Origin: a virus
Reading direction: 5' to 3' (one strand)
DNA length: 59,030 nt
IMG/VR virus record: IMGVR_UViG_3300048611_000080
Coordinates: 1 to 59,030 of that record
Every line of letters begins with the position of its first letter. Positions within the stretch are counted from its first letter, which is position 1. Shown here piece by piece: positions 17,030 through 24,201 of the stretch. A program made the position numbers and the translations under genes. The notes below the pieces were generated by a model. It saw only the letters and a list, made by a program, of their open reading frames with translations, had not been told where the DNA came from and did not search any database.

Positions 17030-17448
17030 GCCGCCCTCCTCACGACCACGACGACGCGCTCGGCAGGGATGGTGTCATCCCATCCGGCGCTCACCCGCTC
17101 GCAAAGGGCGTCGTCGTCGGTTACTGTTCCGGACAGAAGATCGAGCAGCGGCTTGATCCGGTTGTCGACATCGGCCCTGCGCTTGATGCGGCCGGCGTTG
17201 ATGACCGCCGCGAACCTGCCGGGAATGTGGCCGGGCTTCTGAAGCGTCAGTTCGTCGAACGCCTGCTTGTGCCAGCGACGGTATTCGGCGCTCCGCACCC
17301 TGCCCTTGCCGGGTATGTTGGACCAGGCCGAGTTGACGGACGGAGGCAGCGGCAGGCTCAACGTCACGCAGTCGGCCTGCATGACACGCGCGGTATCGAG
17401 AACCCGCAGGCCCTTGCCTTCGATGTCCTTGAGGGTCCAGGCGGTCAT
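17026..17448 (-). CDS. rusA: RusA-family Holliday junction resolvase
   Basis: 140 aa. Contains LPPSVNSAW ... EYRRW ... RRADVDNRIKPLLDLL ... DDD, the RusA signature. Confidence 0.75.
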   Translation of the reverse strand: MTAWTLKDIEGKGLRVLDTARVMQADCVTLSLPLPPSVNSAWSNIPGKGRVRSAEYRRWHKQAFDELTLQKPGHIPGRFAAVINAGRIKRRADVDNRIKPLLDLLSGTVTDDDALCERVSAGWDDTIPAERVVVVVRRAA

Positions 17449-17882
17449 GCCGCGATCTCCACGATGCGGGTTTCAAACGGCGGGCGGATTTTCCGCGCCG
17501 GCCTGTCGCCATGGGCCTGCTTCATGTGCTCGGCACAGTAGGGCTTGCCTTCCGCCGTCGTATGGCCGCAGAATTTGTGCGGGCGGGTCTCCGAGGTCGG
17601 CCAGCGGCACATGCCGTCCTTGAGATCCATGACGCCGACATTGAGCGGGACCAGCGCCGTGAAACTCACGGACCTGAGATGGAAGTTTCTCTCTCGCTTG
17701 AACTTCGGCGGTATAAGCTGCCTGGCGGGCCTTCCGCCTCCCCGCTTGAGGCCAAGGCGATCAAGCTTGCCAGTGACCGCGCCCCGGCTGACGCCCTTGA
17801 GAGCCCGCGCGATCTGGCCGGCGCTGTGCCCGCTCGTCCACATCGACTTCAGCAACTCTACGCGGTCGGGGGTCCAGGTCAT
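17445..17882 (-). CDS. gcrA: GcrA-like cell-cycle regulator homologue
   Basis: N-terminus MTWTPDRVELLKSMWTSGHSAGQIARALKGVSRGAVTGKLDRLGL and C-terminus CRWP...FCGH...GKPYCAEH match the GcrA family of Alphaproteobacteria. Confidence 0.8.
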   Translation of the reverse strand: MTWTPDRVELLKSMWTSGHSAGQIARALKGVSRGAVTGKLDRLGLKRGGGRPARQLIPPKFKRERNFHLRSVSFTALVPLNVGVMDLKDGMCRWPTSETRPHKFCGHTTAEGKPYCAEHMKQAHGDRPARKIRPPFETRIVEIAA

Positions 17883-18202
17883 GCTGCTAACCTCAGTTCA
17901 TCGCGGCCGGGTTTGAGCTGGAGCCGGTACTCGTTGAGAAGCCCAGCCAGGCGCGGGTTGCGCCTTTCGAGCCGCGTGATCTTCTTGCGCGCGAGATAGA
18001 CAGTCGCCATGCACCGACCGCCGAATGCCTTGCCGATGGTCGCGTAGCTGTGGCCTGATAGCTCCCACGCCAGCGCCATAGCCACCTGACGCGGCCATGC
18101 GATGTGGCGCTCACGCCGCGCGCTTCGGATTTCCGAAAGGTCCAGGCCTTCGCGTTCGCAAACGGCGCGCTGGATATCCTGAATTGTCGGCCGCCCTTCC
18201 AT
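17879..18202 (-). CDS. DnaA domain IV-like DNA-binding protein
   Basis: RERHIAWPRQVAMALAWELSGHSYATIGKAFGGRCMATVYLARKKI resembles the DnaA C-terminal HTH domain. Confidence 0.68.
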   Translation of the reverse strand: MEGRPTIQDIQRAVCEREGLDLSEIRSARRERHIAWPRQVAMALAWELSGHSYATIGKAFGGRCMATVYLARKKITRLERRNPRLAGLLNEYRLQLKPGRDELRLAA

Positions 18203-18222
18203 GCTAAAACTCCCTGTGGTGG

Positions 18223-18951
18223 TTACTGCCCGGTCGCGTTGATTTCAGCTTCAAGCGCGTCAGCCTGTTGGTTCAGTTCCTTGGCCCAGTCAGGATCGGT
18301 GCGGGCGGCGCGGCGGGCCTCGAAGCGAAGCCACTCCTGCTTGTCGAGAGGGCGCATATTTTGCACCGCATCCGGAAGCCTGTTCTTCTCGGTCGTCTTG
18401 AGGGCTGTGGCGGCGCGCACCGACACGGCGGTCTGGATTTCCTTCCGAGGCGCAATGCGCGCGTCGAGGATTTCCTTGAGTTCGCCCCATGAAGGGAACC
18501 ACTTACCGGTCCAATTGATCAGCGTGTCCCGAACAATGTCGCCGGGATAGGCGCGGAGCCGCTTGACGTACGCCATAACTGCTAGCGCGCCCTCTTCCGC
18601 AGAGCCGCCTCGCCGGATCGCAATGGTGGACAACTCGCCAAGCCAATTGCCCATTTCATCGTCGCTGGCCGGCGCCAGGCTTTCTGAGATGATGCGCTTG
18701 CAGGTGATGAGATCAGTGGTTTCGCCCACACTGACGTCGGCGCGGTCAACCACTTCCCGAAACCACGTGTACTCGCCCGTCTTCGGGTCCGTCGGATATA
18801 GGAGCTTGTGCCTCACCGAAACCCTTAAGGAGTGCGAGGCCAGCGAGGATATCATTGCTTCCGTGTTTGCTTCCGGATCTTGCTCCACGACCGCTGGCGG
18901 CATGAGCACCGCGGCGGCCAGCTTGGCCTTGACCAGCTTGTTCATTGGCAA
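18223..18951 (-). CDS. Hypothetical replication-module protein
   Basis: 242-aa ORF. High third-position GC through the region it shares with the upstream ORF. Confidence 0.6.
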   Translation of the reverse strand: MPMNKLVKAKLAAAVLMPPAVVEQDPEANTEAMISSLASHSLRVSVRHKLLYPTDPKTGEYTWFREVVDRADVSVGETTDLITCKRIISESLAPASDDEMGNWLGELSTIAIRRGGSAEEGALAVMAYVKRLRAYPGDIVRDTLINWTGKWFPSWGELKEILDARIAPRKEIQTAVSVRAATALKTTEKNRLPDAVQNMRPLDKQEWLRFEARRAARTDPDWAKELNQQADALEAEINATGQ

Positions 18952-19663
18952 TCTCCGTTTCTGGGAGTGGGGTTCGGCGCTTGTCGCGCGCCTTCAAAAT
19001 CGGTTGTTCGAAGTATTCTAGGCTCGCTACGCGCTTGCCCTTCGCGTGTAGGCCTGCCGCGGTTTCTGTGATTCCGGTCCGCACATCGTCGCGCGTGCAT
19101 GGCTCGCCGCCTGCCTCGGGATTCATCAAACGACGAATGGCGCTAAGCCCTTGCCCCTCGAATTTGTCGATAAGCGAGCCGTTCGCCCACTGCCGACAAT
19201 CAGCTTCGAGTGGATCAAGGTTTTGGTCGCGCGCAGGCGCGCTACTCTCCTCATCCATATATTCTGGTTCTGTATCTGTATTCGCGCGCGTTGATCTCGC
19301 GTGAGATTCCTGCGCCTTGTCTTTATTGGGGTTCGATCTATTCTTGGCCTTACCGAGTTGATACTCTGCTTGCTTGGTGAGCTCACCGTCCGCGCGCGGA
19401 TTGCTCAGCGTGCCGTCAGCAGCGACGAGCTTGCCCATCGAGATCAGTTGATCTCGGATGCCTGGCCGACCGTCTTTGCCGATCCATTTCGTGATTGAGC
19501 AGCCGATGTAGCGTGAGATATGTTTCGGCTCGTCGCTGATCGGCCCGCCGCGCGTGTACATCAGGTTCAGAACCATGATGTACGCACCCTTCAGTTCGAG
19601 GGACATTTCCTGTGTCCCCTCGAAGAAGTCGCGCGGATACATCGGATAATATGGAAGGGTCAT
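18746..19663 (-). CDS. DUF1376 (YdaU-like) replication-associated protein
   Basis: Start at MTLPYYPMYPRDFFEGTQEMSLELKGAYIMVLNLMYTRGGPI (DUF1376 signature). The last 68 codons overlap the next gene out of frame. Confidence 0.68.
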   Translation of the reverse strand: MTLPYYPMYPRDFFEGTQEMSLELKGAYIMVLNLMYTRGGPISDEPKHISRYIGCSITKWIGKDGRPGIRDQLISMGKLVAADGTLSNPRADGELTKQAEYQLGKAKNRSNPNKDKAQESHARSTRANTDTEPEYMDEESSAPARDQNLDPLEADCRQWANGSLIDKFEGQGLSAIRRLMNPEAGGEPCTRDDVRTGITETAAGLHAKGKRVASLEYFEQPILKARDKRRTPLPETEIANEQAGQGQAGRRGAHAASGRGARSGSKHGSNDILAGLALLKGFGEAQAPISDGPEDGRVHVVSGSG

Positions 19664-19791
19664 TGGGCGGCCCTCCCGTAGGATTGGCGCCGCACCTGTT
19701 CTTCCATACACCGCAGAACCTGCTCGGCGCAGGCGGGCGCATTCCGGAAGACCTCTGCTCCGGTGAAGTGAAGAACAGCCCATCCATTCAT
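19660..19791 (-). CDS. 43-aa ORF (candidate)
   Basis: Manual translation: MNGWAVLHFTGAEVFRNAPACAEQVLRCMEEQVRRQSYGRAAQ. ATGA overlaps at both ends. Confidence 0.35.
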   Translation of the reverse strand: MNGWAVLHFTGAEVFRNAPACAEQVLRCMEEQVRRQSYGRAAQ

Positions 19792-19922
19792 GGCGAAGTG
19801 CCGATCGCGCGCGTGGCCCACGGTGGCGTTGGGAAATCGTCAAGCGAGTCTTTGGGCTCTGTCCGCTGCGCCATCACGGCGTGCGATACGTTTCCAAGCT
19901 TATTTCCAACGGTCGCGTTCAT
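19788..19922 (-). CDS. 44-aa ORF containing a methyltransferase N-terminus-like motif (DDFPTPPWATRA); possible gene remnant
   Basis: Internal ATG of ORF 19788-20030: MNATVGNKLGNVSHAVMAQRTEPKDSLDDFPTPPWATRAIGTSP. Confidence 0.33.
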   Translation of the reverse strand: MNATVGNKLGNVSHAVMAQRTEPKDSLDDFPTPPWATRAIGTSP

Positions 19923-20086
19923 GCCGCCCTCGCCTGCGCATGGATGTGCGCGCCAGGATCGGGATGATGGTCCGCGCAATAGCGGATGCCTTTGAACAGA
20001 TAAGGCGTGTTGCGGTTGCAGACGGAGCACTGAGGCCGCATGTCTGCATCTTCGAAAAGTTTGGACGCGATGTGCTTCTTAGCCAT
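19919..20086 (-). CDS. 55-aa Cys-containing (zinc-ribbon-like) protein
   Basis: MAKKHIASKLFEDADMRPQCSVCNRNTPYLFKGIRYCADHH... ATGA coupling downstream. Confidence 0.45.
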   Translation of the reverse strand: MAKKHIASKLFEDADMRPQCSVCNRNTPYLFKGIRYCADHHPDPGAHIHAQARAA

Positions 20087-20432
20087 GGGGAATGGCCGCG
20101 CGCGCGTCGTGGATCGCTTCCTCGAAAACCTCAGTCGGCCACGGGTATTCGAAGGCCGCGTAGCGCCAGGGCTCGACCGCGCATTTCTGAACGTGCTCGA
20201 TGAAGCGGACGGGGTCGCCCTCAGTGCGCCACGGCAGGTTCGGTAAGTGGCGCATAGCTGCGGATGATGTCGCGTGCGCCACGGCAGGTTCGGTAAGATC
20301 AGCGATTGCCTTCGGCTCCAGCCGGCGCATCGCGCAATGGACCTGACGGCCTTTCGGGTAGACGTTCGTCTTGCCGCTGAAGTAGGCGGCCCACTCGGCT
20401 TCTTCTTCGGGTGTCCAGCGCTTACCGGCCAT
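20079..20432 (-). CDS. Hypothetical protein containing the 24-bp direct repeat pair
   Basis: 117-aa ORF. See the repeat feature at 20224-20297. Confidence 0.52.
   Translation of the reverse strand: MAGKRWTPEEEAEWAAYFSGKTNVYPKGRQVHCAMRRLEPKAIADLTEPAVAHATSSAAMRHLPNLPWRTEGDPVRFIEHVQKCAVEPWRYAAFEYPWPTEVFEEAIHDARAAIPHG
20224..20297. repeat. Perfect 24-bp direct repeat, two copies 50 bp apart
   Basis: gtgcgccacggcaggttcggtaag occurs at 20224-20247 and 20274-20297. The two copies are read in different frames of the 117-aa ORF (LTEPAVAH vs LPNLPWRT). Confidence 0.9.
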
Positions 20433-20838
20433 GGGGGCGCTCCGGGGCTACAAGGTAGGCGCGGCTGATGAATTGGGAGAAGGCCGCAAGCTGGTCGCGC
20501 AAATCGGCGGGACGGGCTTTCTTCAGGTCGGGAAGCTCGCAATGCTGCGAGAGGTCCCAGGCCAGCAGGATGCAGTCACTGGGCGAGCTTTCGAGCTCGG
20601 CAACGCGGTCTTCCAGTTCGTCGACCTTGCGCTCAAGCTCTCGGTTGTCGTCTTTCAGACCGCGAATTTCGGTCTCAGCTTCTTCAAGCTGGTCTTCCAC
20701 GCCGTCGCCAATCGGGTAGAGCCGATCTGTCAACCAGTCGCGCGTTCCCTCATCCAGAACCGCTAGAAAGTCGGCCAGTTCATGATTGGTGGCGCGGCGC
20801 AGGTCTTCAGCGAGAGATCGGGGGTCAAGCAGCCTCAT
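20422..20838 (-). CDS. Hypothetical coiled-coil protein
   Basis: Start at MRLLDPRSL..., preceded by the SD gggggagg. Acidic coiled-coil centre. Confidence 0.55.
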   Translation of the reverse strand: MRLLDPRSLAEDLRRATNHELADFLAVLDEGTRDWLTDRLYPIGDGVEDQLEEAETEIRGLKDDNRELERKVDELEDRVAELESSPSDCILLAWDLSQHCELPDLKKARPADLRDQLAAFSQFISRAYLVAPERPHGR

Positions 20839-21077
20839 CTTCGCGCCTCCCCCGGTAAGAGGCCGGCAAGACGCTTCGGAACGCGCTGCGCGTCCGGCTT
20901 TGTTTCGGCGGGGGGATGATCTATCTTTGAAAGGCTGGTCGCTTGCACGTATCGGTTCCTTCATCAACCGAGATTGCTTTGGCTGGCGCTTCTGCGGTCG
21001 GAGCCGGGTTGTCGCCGGCTTCGGCCGCGTTCTTTACGGGGGCGGTTTTTCCTTGGGTCTGAGAGCGGAGGTCATGC

Positions 21078-21275
21078 TCAATGCCTCCAGCCGTCTTTGT
21101 CGAAGATGGTCTTTGATCCCGGCGGCATGCGTGGAGGCGTGTCGCGGTCAGAGGGATTGCACTCGCGGCACGGCATCCCGGCGCCGCACTCACAACCGCT
21201 CGCGTTCCACGGCTTGTCCGCGTGGTTCTCGCAGACCCAGCCTTCGTCATTGCAAACAGCGCAGCGCTCGCTCAT
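21078..21275 (-). CDS. 65-aa Cys-rich (zinc-binding-like) protein
   Basis: MSERCAVCNDEGWVCENHADKPWNASGCECGAGMPCRECNP... ATGA overlap with the upstream gene. Confidence 0.55.
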   Translation of the reverse strand: MSERCAVCNDEGWVCENHADKPWNASGCECGAGMPCRECNPSDRDTPPRMPPGSKTIFDKDGWRH

Positions 21276-21544
21276 CCTTCCCTCCGCCCGGTGGGTGGAT
21301 GGGGTGTGGGAACGAACCAATCGTAACCCTGAGCCCGCCAGCGCTTCTGGACAGAGGCCCACTGCGATGATGAAGTGATGCGCTTGCGCTTCCACTGCTT
21401 GCCAAAGCGAACGCGATAGCTCGCAGTGAACGGCTGGAATGCATCAGCCATCAGCGCGTCATAGGCGCGCTTGCCCTCTACAATGTCCTCACGGGTGAGC
21501 AGACGGTAGCTGATGCCTTGGAGTTCGACGAAGCGCTCGCTCAT
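21272..21544 (-). CDS. Hypothetical protein
   Basis: 90-aa ORF, coupled to both neighbours. Confidence 0.58.
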   Translation of the reverse strand: MSERFVELQGISYRLLTREDIVEGKRAYDALMADAFQPFTASYRVRFGKQWKRKRITSSSQWASVQKRWRAQGYDWFVPTPHPPTGRREG

Positions 21545-21795
21545 GCCTCACCTTCGGGATTTTCCAACGCATAATCCCACCCCATTTGCGCTGAGATCGT
21601 CATGTCAGCATCGAAGCCAAAGTGGTTGTTCTCAGGTCGGGGCAAGCCCAACGCTTGGCGGCTCATGCCCAATGAAAAAGCGTCATCGAATTGTTCGTCG
21701 CGGGACTTACTGTCGTCTGTCGGGTCTGGCGGTGAGAGATGGTTGGCCCAATAGCCCGCCTGAAGGTCACCGAGTTTCAACTCGCGCTCGCTCAC
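21541..21795 (-). CDS. Hypothetical protein
   Basis: 84-aa ORF with a GTG start in a GTGA overlap. Confidence 0.52.
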   Translation of the reverse strand: MSERELKLGDLQAGYWANHLSPPDPTDDSKSRDEQFDDAFSLGMSRQALGLPRPENNHFGFDADMTISAQMGWDYALENPEGEA

Positions 21796-21941
21796 AACTG
21801 CCCCCGCCGTTGCGAGTTGGAATCGGCTACGCGCCGAGCTTCAGCCTCTGGGGTTGGGGGGACGAGGCTTAGGCTCGACGCGATCGGAGCACAGAGGCTC
21901 CAATTGGAAAAGAGTTTCCGGTTTTTGGAAAAGGTTTTCAT
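21792..21941 (-). CDS. 49-aa ORF (candidate)
   Basis: Manual translation: MKTFSKNRKLFSNWSLCAPIASSLSLVPPTPEAEARRVADSNSQRRGQL. ATGA and GTGA coupling. Confidence 0.3.
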   Translation of the reverse strand: MKTFSKNRKLFSNWSLCAPIASSLSLVPPTPEAEARRVADSNSQRRGQL

Positions 21942-22135
21942 CCCGCCCTCCGCTTCGCAGCCTGGCGCTCAGCGTGACGGCGCTGTTGCCGCGTCATGGG
22001 AAGCGCGACAGTCTCGGGTTCGATCTCAGGCTGGGGCTCGGGTGCGCGCGCAGGCTGTTGTTCGTCTGCAACGCGCAGCACGCCAGTCGCACAAAGCGCC
22101 ATCACCGCCGCAAGCATTCCTGGCGATCGTCTCAT
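21938..22135 (-). CDS. 65-aa protein with an N-terminal signal-like segment; first gene of the early-left operon
   Basis: Internal ATG (MRRSPGMLAAVMALCATGVLRV...) of ORF 21938-22282. Confidence 0.4.
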   Translation of the reverse strand: MRRSPGMLAAVMALCATGVLRVADEQQPARAPEPQPEIEPETVALPMTRQQRRHAERQAAKRRAG

Positions 22136-22324
22136 CCCGCCCCCCGAAGAGGACCGGCGCGAGTCATCGAACTGATGAGAACCTTTGGCGTACATTGAAA
22201 ATGCAACTGCCCGGTCGCATCTATCCTGTGAGCATTTACATGCTGCATGCATGTTTTGCGGGTCTGCCCTATGGGCAGGCACGTTGCTTCTGTGACAGAC
22301 TCACGGAAGTTGGTCGGCGCCGGG

Positions 22325-22354
22325 GCTTGACCTAAGAACGTATTAGGAACATTA
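22325..22354 (+). promoter_or_regulatory. Sigma70-like promoter candidate for the 77-aa plus-strand gene
   Basis: TTGACC (22326-22331), 17 nt spacer, CATTAT (22349-22354). The -35 reads CTTGAC from 22325. Confidence 0.42.
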
Positions 22355-22377
22355 TCCCGTTCTCGGATAGTTTTCCC

Positions 22378-22611
22378 ATGGCCCTTGGGGGGCGCCCGAT
22401 GCTCGGAAAAATGCTTATGGATGGGCCTTCCGCCTTGGAAGTGACCGAGGAATACGTCACCGCCACCGGCACTTCCGGGGGCCATGAGGTCTGCCAGGTC
22501 TGGCAGCGGGCGCACGCCGACATGATGGCGGCCGAGTACTTTGACCGGCTTATGAAGGGAAAGGGGCCGCCTGCCCTGCTCGCCTGCTTCGTCAATGGCG
22601 GGGTGAAGTAG
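22378..22611 (+). CDS. Hypothetical 77-aa protein, independently transcribed
   Basis: High third-position GC in this frame by manual codon reading. The competing minus-strand ORFs look like GC-rich shadow ORFs. Confidence 0.5.
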   Translation: MALGGRPMLGKMLMDGPSALEVTEEYVTATGTSGGHEVCQVWQRAHADMMAAEYFDRLMKGKGPPALLACFVNGGVK

Positions 22612-22613
22612 GC

Positions 22614-22820
22614 TCATGAGACGGACTCAAGCTCGTCTTCGAGCTTCGCCAGCCGCATTTCAGCGGCCTCAAGCGTTTCCGGGAACATTCGCGACTTGGA
22701 GGTCTTGAGGTCCTTCAGGCGTCCGCCGTCGAGCAAAATCTTTCGCGAGACTGTGCTAAGCTTAAGCCCCGCCTTCTTGGCGTAGCGCTCGGCCCGGGTA
22801 ACAAGGTCGCGTGTGGTCAT
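22614..22820 (-). CDS. Small switch-region regulator candidate (68 aa), probably translated from a leaderless mRNA
   Basis: MTTRDLVTRAERYAKKAGLKLSTVSRKILLDGGRLKDL... The ATG lies 7 nt downstream of the -10 element of the leftward promoter. Confidence 0.55.
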   Translation of the reverse strand: MTTRDLVTRAERYAKKAGLKLSTVSRKILLDGGRLKDLKTSKSRMFPETLEAAEMRLAKLEDELESVS

Positions 22821-22826
22821 GCGGCC

Positions 22827-22855
22827 ATAAAATGGGATGCTTCCCATTCTGTCAA
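22827..22855 (-). promoter_or_regulatory. Leftward switch promoter
   Basis: Minus strand TTGACA (22850-22855), 17 nt spacer, TTTTAT (22827-22832). Operator O1 fills the spacer. Confidence 0.5.
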
Positions 22856-22903
22856 GGGATACTTCCCATTTTGTTGCGTTCGGGGGGCGTGGGATGCGTA
22901 CCA
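22833..22903. promoter_or_regulatory. Operators O1-O3 (14-bp palindrome family TGGGAT-N2-ATCCCA)
   Basis: TGGGATGCTTCCCA at 22833-22846, AGGGATACTTCCCA at 22855-22868, TGGGATGCGTACCA at 22890-22903. Confidence 0.65.
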
Positions 22904-23211
22904 CTATGAACATGCGCGAGCGCATCCGCGCCGAGATGGACGCCCAAAGCGTCACGGCAAAGGAGCTAGCCCGGAAGGCTAAGCTCAACGAGACCTACGT
23001 CCGGGACCTTCTTGAGGGGCGGTCGCAGGACCCAAAACTATCGAAAATCCTTGCAGTTGCGCAAGCCTTGGGTAAGGATTTGTCCTGGCTGGTCGAGGGC
23101 GTCGAACCCTCCGAACTGGCTGAGATCATTCGCCGGCTCCCCGCCCGCTCAAGGGCCGAGGTGGTCGACTTCGCCCGCTACAAGGAACGCCAGACCAAGG
23201 GCGATTCCTAG
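22894..23211 (+). CDS. XRE-family HTH regulator (candidate phage repressor, CI/Cro-type)
   Basis: ...MRERIRAEMDAQSVTAKELARKAKLNETYVRDLLEGRSQDPKLSKILAVAQALGKDLSWLV is a canonical HTH_3 domain. Start is uncertain (ATG at 22894, 22906 or 22912). Confidence 0.75.
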   Translation: MRTTMNMRERIRAEMDAQSVTAKELARKAKLNETYVRDLLEGRSQDPKLSKILAVAQALGKDLSWLVEGVEPSELAEIIRRLPARSRAEVVDFARYKERQTKGDS

Positions 23212-23241
23212 GACCCCTCCCAAAACCCCGTAAAAGAAAAG

Positions 23242-23284
23242 TGGGACCTATCCCATTTTTGCTCTTGCGGTGGGATGCATCCCA
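23242..23284. promoter_or_regulatory. Operators O4-O5
   Basis: TGGGACCTATCCCA at 23242-23255 and the perfect palindrome TGGGATGCATCCCA at 23271-23284. Confidence 0.65.
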
Positions 23285-23293
23285 TGCTTAAGT
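23265..23293 (+). promoter_or_regulatory. Rightward early promoter candidate
   Basis: TTGCGG (23265-23270), 17 nt spacer, TTAAGT (23288-23293). O5 occupies the spacer. Confidence 0.4.
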
Positions 23294-23315
23294 CCTCTCC
23301 AGCCCCCAAGCGGGG

Positions 23316-23780
23316 ATGGAGATGGAACAGATGGTGACGGAACTTCAAACCCTGATCGAAAGCGAAGGCGACGAAAAGTCGTGGGAGCGCGCGGGCCTCA
23401 CCTGCAAGATGCTTCGCCATGACAACCTGAAGCACTGGTGCGGCTATGTCGGCCTACATGCTGCCCATCCCTCGCATGGCAAAGGCTACGATGACATCGA
23501 CGTCGATGTCCACGGCGGGCTGACCTACGCCCGCGCCAACTTCCCCTACTGTCTGCCGGACGGTTTGTGGTGGGTTGGCTTCGATTGTGCCCACAGCGGC
23601 GACTGCGTCCCCGGAATAAATTCAGCGAGGCACGGCATCGAAGCCTTCGTGCTCGCGATGGGCAACTTCGCTGACGCCGGAGGTAGCGAAGATCGCGACG
23701 TCTACCGCACCGCTGAGTGGGTCGAGGCTGAGACCAACAAGCTCGCCGATCAACTCGCGAATTTCAAACCCACCCCCTGA
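23316..23780 (+). CDS. Conserved-looking hypothetical protein (His/Cys/Asp-rich motifs HWCGYVG, HGGLTY, WWVGFDCAH)
   Basis: 154-aa ORF, first gene of the early-right operon. Confidence 0.62.
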   Translation: MEMEQMVTELQTLIESEGDEKSWERAGLTCKMLRHDNLKHWCGYVGLHAAHPSHGKGYDDIDVDVHGGLTYARANFPYCLPDGLWWVGFDCAHSGDCVPGINSARHGIEAFVLAMGNFADAGGSEDRDVYRTAEWVEAETNKLADQLANFKPTP

Positions 23781-23829
23781 ACAACGACCAACGCCCCCAA
23801 GCGGGACCAGGACTGACCGGAGAAGAGAG

Positions 23830-24201
23830 ATGGCATTCGAAGGCGACCTTCAGAAATTTACACCGGTCGAAGTCGACGAGGTCGGACAGATCATCCTCAA
23901 AGCGAGAGAGCTTCTGAGTGATCCGGCGAAGTGGTGCAAGGGCTACCACACAAACGCGGGCGCATACTGCATTCTCGGCGCCATCGGTGCACGCGACTGG
24001 AATGACGGCGCAGATGAAGAGGTCATCGAGCGCATAGAGAGCGCGTTGCCGCTTCTGTTCCGTCTACGCGCCTACGTGTTCGATAGTTGGTCCAACCTCA
24101 AGCCTGCTGTAGCGGCATTCAACGACGCGCCATCCACCACCCACGCCGACATTCTCGCGCTCCTCGACCGCGCCGCCTCTGCACATAGGAGGGGTGAGTG
24201 A
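23830..24201 (+). CDS. Hypothetical protein
   Basis: 123-aa ORF. The motif KWCKGYHTNAGAYCILGA is recurrent in small phage proteins. Confidence 0.6.
   Translation: MAFEGDLQKFTPVEVDEVGQIILKARELLSDPAKWCKGYHTNAGAYCILGAIGARDWNDGADEEVIERIESALPLLFRLRAYVFDSWSNLKPAVAAFNDAPSTTHADILALLDRAASAHRRGE

Noticed and set aside
22132-22617. 161-aa and 87-aa minus-strand ORFs in the region left of the switch.
   Set aside because: Low-complexity His/Gly/Pro/Arg-rich sequences. The plus-strand 77-aa frame has much higher third-position GC and its own promoter-like element.
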